A stretch of DNA of 64,000 nucleotides from an uncultured Gammaproteobacteria bacterium (GTDB lineage: Bacteria > Patescibacteriota > Patescibacteriia > UBA9934), in NCBI GenBank assembly GCA_964414795.1, contig CAYPWV010000003.1, positions 2,081 through 66,080 on the forward strand. Reading direction: 5' to 3'. A program made the translations under genes and the position numbers. Within the stretch, counting starts at the first letter, position 1, and every line of letters begins with the position of its first letter. Shown here piece after piece: positions 57,596-64,000 of the stretch. The notes beneath the pieces were generated by a model. It was given only the letters and a program-made list of their open reading frames with translations. It ran no database searches and had not been told where the DNA came from.

Positions 57596-57660
57596 ATATT
57601 TTTGGCTTTTGTCAAAGTACTTAGCCAAAAAATACGATCCAGATGGATCGTATTTTTATA
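57596..57660. terminator. Two tandem terminator hairpins. The second (57627-57660, AAAAAATACGATCC-AGAT-GGATCGTATTTTTA) repeats the stem seen at 58768-58800.
   Basis: TTTTGGCT...AGCCAAAA followed by AATACGATCC/GGATCGTATT with flanking A/T runs. Confidence 0.5.
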
Positions 57661-57689
57661 GATAAAAGTAATGCATTTTGTTAAGCATA

Positions 57690-57842
57690 TGATCGAACTT
57701 TGGTCGCTTGCTTTTTTTCTGAATACGCTTTTTTTAATCTTTGCGCTAAACGAAGAGCAGATTGATCGATGTATTCATCAACAATCTTTCTCGCTTCGAC
57801 GGAAGTATATTGTGATGTATCTTTTTTTATCATATTCATAAA
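57690..57842 (-). CDS. Small 50-aa charged helical ORF, absent from the ORF track because it is under 60 aa.
   Basis: MIKKDTSQYTSVEARKIVDEYIDQSALRLAQRLKKAYSEKKQATKVRSYA; ATG at 57842, TAA at 57690. Confidence 0.25.
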
Positions 57843-57903
57843 GAATAATAGCCATCCATTATCTTTGCGTCAACAAAAAATAGCCCAAAGGATCATTCAA
57901 AAT

Positions 57904-58260
57904 CTAAAAAACAAAGGTGATGACGAGTCCGATAAAAAGTCCCATTTCAAACCAATAAAAAGCATGAAGAAACCTTGCCCGAGATCCCCAAGCGTGAATT
58001 CCGTCTATCCCCCTGGTGCGAATGTGATCTACTGCGAAGCTTACACGTTTCGAGCCATTATTTTTACAGTGAGGACAATCTTTTTCTCTATTTTTTACAC
58101 TGAGGGCAATGGGTAGGGCGCCTACACAATATCCAACCATAGGAAATGCGAGCAGAAGCGAGATATCAATTGAGATAATGACACTTTCCAATAAAAAAGA
58201 TGGGAGGATGCCCATCATCAAACCTATTGCGAACGGAAGTGACTGCAGGTCGTGTTTCAT
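57904..58260 (-). CDS. Hypothetical small membrane protein. The overlapping plus-strand ORF 57769-58116 is less plausible.
   Basis: Hydrophobic helices at both ends and a CPHC motif. Confidence 0.3.
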   Translation of the reverse strand: MKHDLQSLPFAIGLMMGILPSFLLESVIISIDISLLLAFPMVGYCVGALPIALSVKNREKDCPHCKNNGSKRVSFAVDHIRTRGIDGIHAWGSRARFLHAFYWFEMGLFIGLVITFVF

Positions 58261-58411
58261 ATTGATGAAATAATATCATGAATCATGCATTTATAACGCC
58301 AACTTTCCGCATTGCTTTTTGACAGTTTTCATGAAAAGCGGTACGATTTTTCGCTTATTTTCATTTTCTCGTTCAAGACACAAAAAAACAACCCGGTAGG
58401 TTGTCTTTTTG

Positions 58412-58499
58412 TGGCGGTGGGGGCGAGATTCGAACTCGCGGTACCTTTCAGTACGACGGTTTTCAAGACCGTTACCTTAAACCGCTCGGTCACCCCACC
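58412..58499 (-). tRNA. tRNA-Ser (anticodon UGA), type II with a long variable arm.
   Basis: GGTGGGG acceptor, 3-bp D stem, anticodon loop CT-TGA-AA, long variable arm, T arm GCGAG-TTCGAAT-CTCGC, G73, CCA. Confidence 0.85.
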
Positions 58500-58567
58500 A
58501 AGCGCATACAGATTGCCACATTTTTTCAATTGACACAACAGCTCTCAACCCCGTACACTTTTTTCGC

Positions 58568-58657
58568 TGGAGAGGTGGCCGAGTGGTCGAAGGCACCACA
58601 TTGCTAACGTGGCGAGGGGTAAAACCCTCCGAAGGTTCGAATCCTTTCCTCTCCGCC
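58568..58657 (+). tRNA. tRNA-Ser (anticodon GCU), type II.
   Basis: GGAGAGG acceptor, anticodon loop TT-GCT-AA, variable arm GAGGGGTAAAACCCTC, T loop TTCGAAT, G73, CCA. Confidence 0.85.
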
Positions 58658-58658
58658 A

Positions 58659-58760
58659 TCCCACTTCGCCCTTCGGGCTACGTTGGGGATTTCTCATCAA
58701 GTCCGGAAGGACGAAGTGGGATGCCCCCAACGAAGTTCCGCAGAAACGAAGTGGGGCTCA
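58659..58760 (+). ncRNA. ffs: Candidate small SRP RNA (4.5S-like), immediately 3' of tRNA-Ser(GCU) and followed by a terminator.
   Basis: AAGUCCGGAAGGACGAAG resembles the conserved domain IV GUCAGGUCCGGAAGGAAGCAGC with its GGAA tetraloop. The ends pair (CCCACUUCG / CGAAGUGGG), as do the inner helices (CGUUGGGG / CCCCAACG). Confidence 0.4.
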
Positions 58761-58767
58761 AAAATAC

Positions 58768-58800
58768 GATCCTTTTGGATCGTATTTTATGTTATTTCTT
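58768..58800 (+). terminator. Intrinsic terminator AAAAATACGATCC-TTTT-GGATCGTATTTTAT, sharing its stem with the 57627-57660 hairpin.
   Basis: 10-bp stem with flanking A/T runs. Confidence 0.55.
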
Positions 58801-59211
58801 CTTTCTTCTTTGCGCAGCCGCAGAAAGGCTCTCGGTAAAGTCGATTCCATGTGTTTTATAATATTCCCTTTCTTCAATCGCCATATCAAGATCGTTGAAT
58901 GGTTCCCATCCTCTTCCCAGCCAACCAATATCCCCCATATACACATCAGCTGAGGGAGTTCTTCCTTGGATATACCACGTACCGTGTATCTGGTCCGTAT
59001 GTACAAAAGGCTTGAAGCGAATACCCGTGTCTTCACCCTTTTCATTCACGACCTCATACATGCCTTCGGAAAGCGCAAGACCGCTCCCTGGCATTCTCGC
59101 AATTTTCCACCCACGTTTTTTTAAAAGATCAGATGCCCATTCAACGTTCATAATCCGATTCGCTTCTCCTTCGTCTGGTAACCCTAGGCTTTCAACAGAC
59201 ATATAGCACAT
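58792..59211 (-). CDS. Hypothetical protein.
   Basis: 139-aa ORF with W/G-rich motifs, otherwise unrecognised. Confidence 0.35.
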   Translation of the reverse strand: MCYMSVESLGLPDEGEANRIMNVEWASDLLKKRGWKIARMPGSGLALSEGMYEVVNEKGEDTGIRFKPFVHTDQIHGTWYIQGRTPSADVYMGDIGWLGRGWEPFNDLDMAIEEREYYKTHGIDFTESLSAAAQRRKKK

Positions 59212-59587
59212 GTTAACATATCAACCTGCCTATTCCAAAAAATGCCTTATGCACATACCGGAAAACGGATTTTACTATCACTATAAACACGATCCCCAAG
59301 GATCGGTAAATAATTACTCATACGAGGTCATCTCCATGGGAACTCATACCGAGACGCAAGAAAAGCTTGTGATCTATCGAGCACTCTATCAATCACCGAG
59401 AAGCGACATGCTCTATTTGCTTCGTCCTCTTACAATGTTTACCGAAAACGTGACAAAAGAAGGAAAAACTTTTCTAAGATTTCGCCGCATTACTGATCCA
59501 GAAATTATTGCACAGCTTACAGAAATAAGAGATGAGATGTACCCACAAACTAACCTTGATACCCTCTGCAAAATCGCCTGTACATGA
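59210..59587 (+). CDS. DUF1653-like protein. The start is possibly the internal Met near 59249.
   Basis: FYYHYKHD...YEVISMGTHTETQEKLVIYRALY...LRPLTMFTENV resembles the DUF1653 core (YRHYKG..YEV..HSET..VVYRALY..RP..MF). Confidence 0.45.
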   Translation: MLTYQPAYSKKCLMHIPENGFYYHYKHDPQGSVNNYSYEVISMGTHTETQEKLVIYRALYQSPRSDMLYLLRPLTMFTENVTKEGKTFLRFRRITDPEIIAQLTEIRDEMYPQTNLDTLCKIACT

Positions 59588-59637
59588 TTGTTTTGATATG
59601 CTCTACTATTAAATAGAACCTATAAACATACTCTCAT

Positions 59638-59895
59638 ATGAATAAAACACTCGAAGGCATGTGCGAAAGTTGTCTCATGCCTTTTAAAAAGGACTTGAAG
59701 GGAGTACACCGAGAACACGAAAAATATTGCTCGTACTGTTACTCGAATGGCAAATTACACTATGAAGGCAATGACGTGAACGAGTTTAAGAAGACGATGA
59801 TCGATGCAGTTGTCGCACGAGGTGAAAACAGACTTAAAGCACAATTCTTCGCATGGATGGCTGGTTTCGCTCCTCGCTGGAAAAAGCGTAAATGA
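59638..59895 (+). CDS. Putative zinc-ribbon domain protein (Zn_ribbon_2 type).
   Basis: CESCLMPFKKD...YCSYCYSNGKL matches the CxSCGMPL...YCxYCYxNG pattern. Confidence 0.5.
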   Translation: MNKTLEGMCESCLMPFKKDLKGVHREHEKYCSYCYSNGKLHYEGNDVNEFKKTMIDAVVARGENRLKAQFFAWMAGFAPRWKKRK

Positions 59896-59941
59896 TTGAG
59901 GTCTCCATGTGGGAAGATGGCGCGTTGACCTGAGAGAAGTT

Positions 59942-60316
59942 TCACATCTCCCCCTCTCCTACATTACTCCAAGAATGAACGCCATCTAGACCATCCACCC
60001 TCCCTTGCTGACGATATAACGCCGAGGGAAACTTCTTACTTATTGCTTCTCTTACGCTTTGTGGCACATCGTACGCAAGACCGAGAGGTACTGCGACAAG
60101 CATTCCTTCGCCTGGTTTATACTCAAGATTATAACTGTTCGTTACATTATCAGGCAAATCGGAATCGTGAAAAAAATTCACTTTGTAATCTCTACCTTTC
60201 CAACTACAACCCCGCACATTACGTACGCCGGGGATATCACTGAGCAGTCCCGTAAGTTTCCCCTCAATCTCAGCAATTCTTCTTTCCTGTGATGATCTTT
60301 CAAGTGCTTCTGACAT
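59942..60316 (-). CDS. Hypothetical protein.
   Basis: 124-aa ORF with no motif. Confidence 0.3.
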   Translation of the reverse strand: MSEALERSSQERRIAEIEGKLTGLLSDIPGVRNVRGCSWKGRDYKVNFFHDSDLPDNVTNSYNLEYKPGEGMLVAVPLGLAYDVPQSVREAISKKFPSALYRQQGRVDGLDGVHSWSNVGEGEM

Positions 60317-60391
60317 ATTTTTTTAAACAAGATAATGGATATATTCTATCCGTCGAGAATCTCTCAGGCAAGTGCTATACTGTGAGCATGT

Positions 60392-60925
60392 ATGGAGGAT
60401 GCCGAAACACAAGAACCCTTAAAAAATTCATCACAATCTGCAGATGCCATTGATGCGGGTGATATTTTGTTTACGTGGGAAACGTGGGAATTTCCTCCTG
60501 TTGAACGATCGGGGAAATGGTATGCCCTTGCAACGCTGGGGGGATTGGCGTGTTTACTGTATGCCATGTTTACGGTAAATTATATTTTTGCCGTTATTGT
60601 AGTGATGTTCGCCATCATTGTGATGATGCGCGATATTAAAAAACCTGCACGTACACAAACCTATATTACCAGTGAAGGCGTGGTGTTTTTAGATCACCTC
60701 TATTCTTTTAAAGATATGCGTGATTTTTCCATTACGTATGATCCACCCGAAGTAAAAAATCTCTATCTCACGTTCAATAGTTCGCTCCAGCCCTTACTCT
60801 CTATTCCTCTTGAAGACGCAAACCCTAACCTTGTGCGCGCCTCTCTTTTGCCGTTTGTCTATGAAAACCTTGCAAGGGATGGGGAAACCTTGACGGATAC
60901 CCTCCGCCGCGTGTATAAATTGTAA
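60392..60925 (+). CDS. Hypothetical membrane protein with two TM helices.
   Basis: Central hydrophobic hairpin (WYALATLGGLACLLYAMFTVNYIFAVIVVMFAIIVMM). Confidence 0.35.
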   Translation: MEDAETQEPLKNSSQSADAIDAGDILFTWETWEFPPVERSGKWYALATLGGLACLLYAMFTVNYIFAVIVVMFAIIVMMRDIKKPARTQTYITSEGVVFLDHLYSFKDMRDFSITYDPPEVKNLYLTFNSSLQPLLSIPLEDANPNLVRASLLPFVYENLARDGETLTDTLRRVYKL

Positions 60926-60977
60926 CGAAATTTGAACGTGTTTCTCTTGTTTCGTGACGTACAAATAAAGCAATTTT

Positions 60978-61054
60978 GCGCTCGTAGCTCAGTTGGATAG
61001 AGCATCAGCTTGCGGAGCTGAGGGTCGCACGTTCGAGTCGTGCCGGGCGCACCA
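60978..61054 (+). tRNA. tRNA-Arg (anticodon GCG rather than the usual ACG/ICG).
   Basis: GCGCTCG acceptor (with a T.G wobble), D loop AGTTGGATA with A20, anticodon loop TT-GCG-GA, T arm GCACG-TTCGAGT-CGTGC, A73, CCA. Confidence 0.75.
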
Positions 61055-61136
61055 TCAAAAAACCAGCTTGCCGTACGAGCGTAGCATTCTATGAGTAATC
61101 AATGAATGTTGCGCCCTTACAGTGCTGGTTTTTTGA

Positions 61137-61967
61137 TTATTTCTTCTGGATTAAAGATGTCGCTCCAAAAAGCACCAGCGAGACGAGAACAATGGTTGCA
61201 CCCGTAGGCGTGTCGATGACTGCGGAAGAGAAGAGACCAACAACGACAGAGATGACGCCATACAAAACGCCAATAGCCATTGTGCGCCAAAATCCCCTTC
61301 CCCACATGTTTGCCGCAAGTACCGGGATGACGAGAAGCGCGCTTACGAGGAGTGCGCCCACCACGCGCATCCCTACCGCAACCACAAGGGCTGCAAGCAT
61401 CACAAACAACGCTTCGTACCGCTCGATTGCAATACCTTGTACTTTTGCTAAGCGCGTATCAGCGGTTGCAAGAAAAAAGACTCCTCGTCCGAGATACAAA
61501 ACGTCACACACGAGAAAAGCAACGCCCATCATAGAATATACATCAGTCCACGTTACCGTGGTGATGCTTCCAAATAAATATGAAAGCACCTGCGTGTTCC
61601 ACGAATGCGTTACGCTCAAGAGCAGCACTGCAAAGGCTAAGCTCCCCGAAAGCACCAACGCAAGTGCCGCATCGCCCGAGAGCCGTGCATGACGCCGTAA
61701 CCATTCCATACCAAGCGCCGCACACACCGAAGCCACCATTGCTGCCCATACGCCTTGTATGCCCACCACGATCCCTATTGCTACGCCCGCTAACGATGCA
61801 TGCGCCAATGTATCAGCAAAGAAAGATTGTCGTCGCGCAACGAAAAAGATGCCGATCAGCGGCGCAAGTATTCCCATAAGCACTCCTGCGAGAAGGGCGC
61901 GTTGGAAGAAGCTGTAGTGGAGAAGGTCGAAGAGCATAGTTTTTTTATCAATGCACATGTACGCCAC
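61137..61967 (-). CDS. Metal (Zn/Mn-type) ABC transporter permease, ABC-3 family.
   Basis: Eight-TM ZnuB-like layout with LLAGVLMGILAPLIGIFFVARRQSFFADTLAHASLAGVAIG. Confidence 0.7.
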   Translation of the reverse strand: MAYMCIDKKTMLFDLLHYSFFQRALLAGVLMGILAPLIGIFFVARRQSFFADTLAHASLAGVAIGIVVGIQGVWAAMVASVCAALGMEWLRRHARLSGDAALALVLSGSLAFAVLLLSVTHSWNTQVLSYLFGSITTVTWTDVYSMMGVAFLVCDVLYLGRGVFFLATADTRLAKVQGIAIERYEALFVMLAALVVAVGMRVVGALLVSALLVIPVLAANMWGRGFWRTMAIGVLYGVISVVVGLFSSAVIDTPTGATIVLVSLVLFGATSLIQKK

Positions 61968-63132
61968 CCCTCCCCTCCTCTATCTTAATAATTCCCTTTC
62001 CAAATGCCCACGCTGCGAGGGCGGTGGATACGGGAACGGCAAGGATGAGGGCGGAGCCACCGATGAGTGCGCGGAGTAGTTCTTCAACGATAGATTCTCC
62101 GTTAAGGATAACCCAGAGTGGTGGATTATCCGGCATGGAAAAAAGAAGAAACAGAGGAAATGACGCACCTACATAGGCAAGTGCAAGCGTGTTTACGAGT
62201 GAAGCGATGTGTTCTCTTCCTACTTCAATTCCTCGGAGATAGAGCTCTTTTATGTCGAGCGAACGGTTTGCGCGAGAAATTTGCTCAACCGCAGCTACTT
62301 GTGCGGTCGTTACATCATCAAGAACGCCCAACGCACCAATGACCAATCCTCCCATAAGCAATCCGCGCAAATCGAGCGTTTGTAAATATCCCATTTGTAA
62401 AAATACCGCCTCTTCACTGCTTGCTCCCGAAAGCATTGCCCAAATAACCGAAGCATACGATGCAACAAAAGCAATGATGAGCACGAACATGGTTGCAGAA
62501 AACGCAAGAAGGGTACGTTTGGTAAAGCCGTGCGCAAGAAAAAGTGAGCTCATGGCAATTGCTGTTGCGCCAATAGCGCTAATGAGCACAGGGCTATCTC
62601 CATTCATGATATGCGGCACCACAAAGCCCGTAAGTACAATGAGCGAAACACCTAATCCTACAAGCGACATGGTTCCTCGCCATCTTCCCAAAACAATGGC
62701 AAGCGCACCAAAAATAAGAGCGAAAGCAAAAATCACCGGAAGACGAAATTGATCTAAAATAGCATAGGTTGATCCTCGTGCGTCAGTACTATGCGATAAC
62801 ACGACCGAATCTCCTTCTTCTAATCGAATGTGCGCAAACCCTACGGATGAAGATCGATATTCCACAGTCTCTATCTCTCCCGCTTGCACACCCGACGCTA
62901 CTTGTACGAGAACAATTTGATACCGATCATCAGTCCCTCCTTCATCGACTCCCTCTTCTACAATGCTGAGCACTTTTCCCAGTGCGTAGGTTGTTGGTGT
63001 ATCGATGGGACGATCTACCTCCTGCGCATAGACCTTGAGGAAAGGCGTAACAAGCAAACATGCACACGCAAATATGCAAAGAATTCGTACATACGCTTTG
63101 ACGAACTTAGTGCATGTGGGGATGATCGGCAT
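61948..63132 (-). CDS. Polytopic membrane protein, possibly YibE/F family.
   Basis: N-terminal TM helix plus periplasmic segment, then a core of about eight TM helices; embedded in the metal ABC operon. Confidence 0.4.
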   Translation of the reverse strand: MPIIPTCTKFVKAYVRILCIFACACLLVTPFLKVYAQEVDRPIDTPTTYALGKVLSIVEEGVDEGGTDDRYQIVLVQVASGVQAGEIETVEYRSSSVGFAHIRLEEGDSVVLSHSTDARGSTYAILDQFRLPVIFAFALIFGALAIVLGRWRGTMSLVGLGVSLIVLTGFVVPHIMNGDSPVLISAIGATAIAMSSLFLAHGFTKRTLLAFSATMFVLIIAFVASYASVIWAMLSGASSEEAVFLQMGYLQTLDLRGLLMGGLVIGALGVLDDVTTAQVAAVEQISRANRSLDIKELYLRGIEVGREHIASLVNTLALAYVGASFPLFLLFSMPDNPPLWVILNGESIVEELLRALIGGSALILAVPVSTALAAWAFGKGIIKIEEGRGGVHVH

Positions 63133-63808
63133 ATGATCCGTGCGGTACGATTTTTTTATTTAAGCAGAGAACGCGCGTTGCCTCACGTTCTACCGCATGT
63201 AAATCGTGAGAAACCATAAGAATGGTCATGCGGGTATCTTTGTGCAGTTCTCGCAATACATCGTAGAGTGTTTGCTGTTGATGCTCATCAACCGCCGACA
63301 TGGGCTCATCGAGCACTAAAACTCGTGGCTCGCCCGCAAGTGCGCGGGCAAGAAAGGCTCGTTGGCGTTCGCCACCCGACACTGCGCCAATTCTTCGATG
63401 CGCAAGATGCGCAATGCCACACGTTTTCATCGCTTGCTCTGCACGAATCGCATCGTGAACGCTCTGCCCTTTGTACCACGAACGTAGCGCTACACGTCCA
63501 CTTTGCACTATTTCTTCAACTGTTGCCGGAAAAAGTGGATCAAATGAAGCTGCATGTTGCGGTACATAGCCAATTTGCGCACGCTGTTCAACTGCATTTC
63601 CCCACATTACCGATCCCGAAGAAGGAATTTCTAACCCAAGGAGTACATCAAGCAATGTGGTTTTTCCTCCCCCATTTGGTCCGATAATCCCTACAAATTC
63701 GCCTTCTTTTACTGAAAAAGAAACATCATCAAGTACCACAATATCTCCCCGCGTAAAACGTACGTGGGAAACGGAGAGCAGATCTTGAAATGGAGCTAGA
63801 GATTGCAT
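63107..63808 (-). CDS. Metal ABC transporter ATP-binding protein (ZnuC-like).
   Basis: Walker A GPNGGGKTT, signature LSGGERQRAFLARAL, Walker B VLVLDEP. Confidence 0.8.
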   Translation of the reverse strand: MQSLAPFQDLLSVSHVRFTRGDIVVLDDVSFSVKEGEFVGIIGPNGGGKTTLLDVLLGLEIPSSGSVMWGNAVEQRAQIGYVPQHAASFDPLFPATVEEIVQSGRVALRSWYKGQSVHDAIRAEQAMKTCGIAHLAHRRIGAVSGGERQRAFLARALAGEPRVLVLDEPMSAVDEHQQQTLYDVLRELHKDTRMTILMVSHDLHAVEREATRVLCLNKKIVPHGSYADHPHMH

Positions 63809-64000
63809 GAAAGGGCGCGAGAAAGCGCGGAAAGATTTTTTTGCATGAGCGTGAGGTAGGTATCCCCTGCGGCAATTTCTGCAGACGTTCGTCCTTCTAA
63901 GGGTGAGAGTACGTCCACCGAAGCACCTATTTCTTCTGCGATCGTTGTAGCAAGCGCCGTACTTGCAGCAGATTCAAAGAGAATGGTTGTGACGCCAAGT
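63786..64000 (-). CDS. Metal ABC transporter substrate-binding protein (ZnuA-like), C-terminal fragment; 5'-truncated by the window edge.
   Basis: The minus frame reads ...LGVTTILFESAASTALATTIAEEIGASVDVLSPLEG...TYLTLMQKNLSALSRAL, typical of a ZnuA C-terminus. It overlaps the ABC ATPase start by 23 nt. Confidence 0.45.

Noticed and set aside
57769-58116. 115-aa plus-strand ORF overlapping the 57904-58260 minus-strand membrane ORF.
   Set aside because: The minus-strand ORF has coherent TM helices and reads into the downstream tandem terminators. The plus-strand ORF is hydrophobic low-complexity sequence. Neither is strongly supported, and only the minus one is listed, at low confidence.
58658-58760. 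RNase P RNA or tmRNA as an alternative identity for the structured RNA after tRNA-Ser.
   Set aside because: The segment is far too short for either. It lacks the RNase P P4 motifs (AGGAAAGUCCGGGCUC...ACAGAACCCGGCUUA) and a tRNA-like acceptor end. The GGAA-tetraloop core fits SRP RNA better.

Overview
This 64-kb window reads as a reduced bacterial genome, most likely Candidate Phyla Radiation / Patescibacteria: about 50% GC, small tightly packed genes, frequent TTG and GTG starts, and weak or absent Shine-Dalgarno sequences. All calls below come from reading the sequence and the translated ORF track; no database search was run, so confidences reflect motif-level recognition only.

Core housekeeping genes fill most of the window:
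- Translation and ribosome: prmC fragment, rplY, rplK, rplA, gatB, miaA, thrS, pheS, pheT, and four tRNAs (Thr-like CGU, Ser-UGA, Ser-GCU, Arg-GCG).
- Replication and repair: gyrB, dnaE, radA, recG.
- Transcription and secretion: secE, nusG.
- Cell envelope: SEDS-family rodA/ftsW, murD, murI, a phosphohexomutase, rseP, htpX, lemA, a DsbA-like protein.
- Nucleotide metabolism: a cytidylyltransferase-family enzyme, an N-terminally extended dCMP-deaminase-like protein, two HIT-family proteins, folA, thyA, dut, and anaerobic nrdD/nrdG.
- Other: clpC, a znuABC-like metal ABC transporter.

Features that stand out:
1. An IS1595-family element at 11521-12674 has 23-bp terminal inverted repeats and a perfect 9-bp target-site duplication. 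It inserted into a GC-rich (about 60% GC) HIT-family gene, and its transposase carries an A8-tract frameshift.
2. At least four unrelated families of small intergenic repeats are present.
   - A 28-nt palindrome forms the rplA terminator and also sits in-frame inside the miaA coding sequence, next to a G-quadruplex-prone tract.
   - A roughly 100-nt composite repeat with nested mini-hairpins lies downstream of both dnaE and recG.
   - Three MITE-like elements with AGTTTGAAGTGAG terminal repeats sit immediately upstream of rseP, htpX and a DUF948-like gene.
   - A terminator hairpin is duplicated exactly at two loci.
3. The thrS leader has a textbook T-box antiterminator/terminator switch with a UGGA bulge, plus an unusual tandem-repeat hairpin.
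4. Two NrdR boxes spaced 31 bp precede a Com-like zinc-ribbon ORF and nrdDG.
5. A candidate SRP RNA lies directly 3' of tRNA-Ser.
6. An extracytoplasmic module encodes a C-tail-anchored acidic protein, a beta-propeller protein, a DsbA-like protein, and a Cys-rich protein with a pilin-like hairpin and an M23 peptidase domain.
7. Several large orphan proteins have no recognisable domains.
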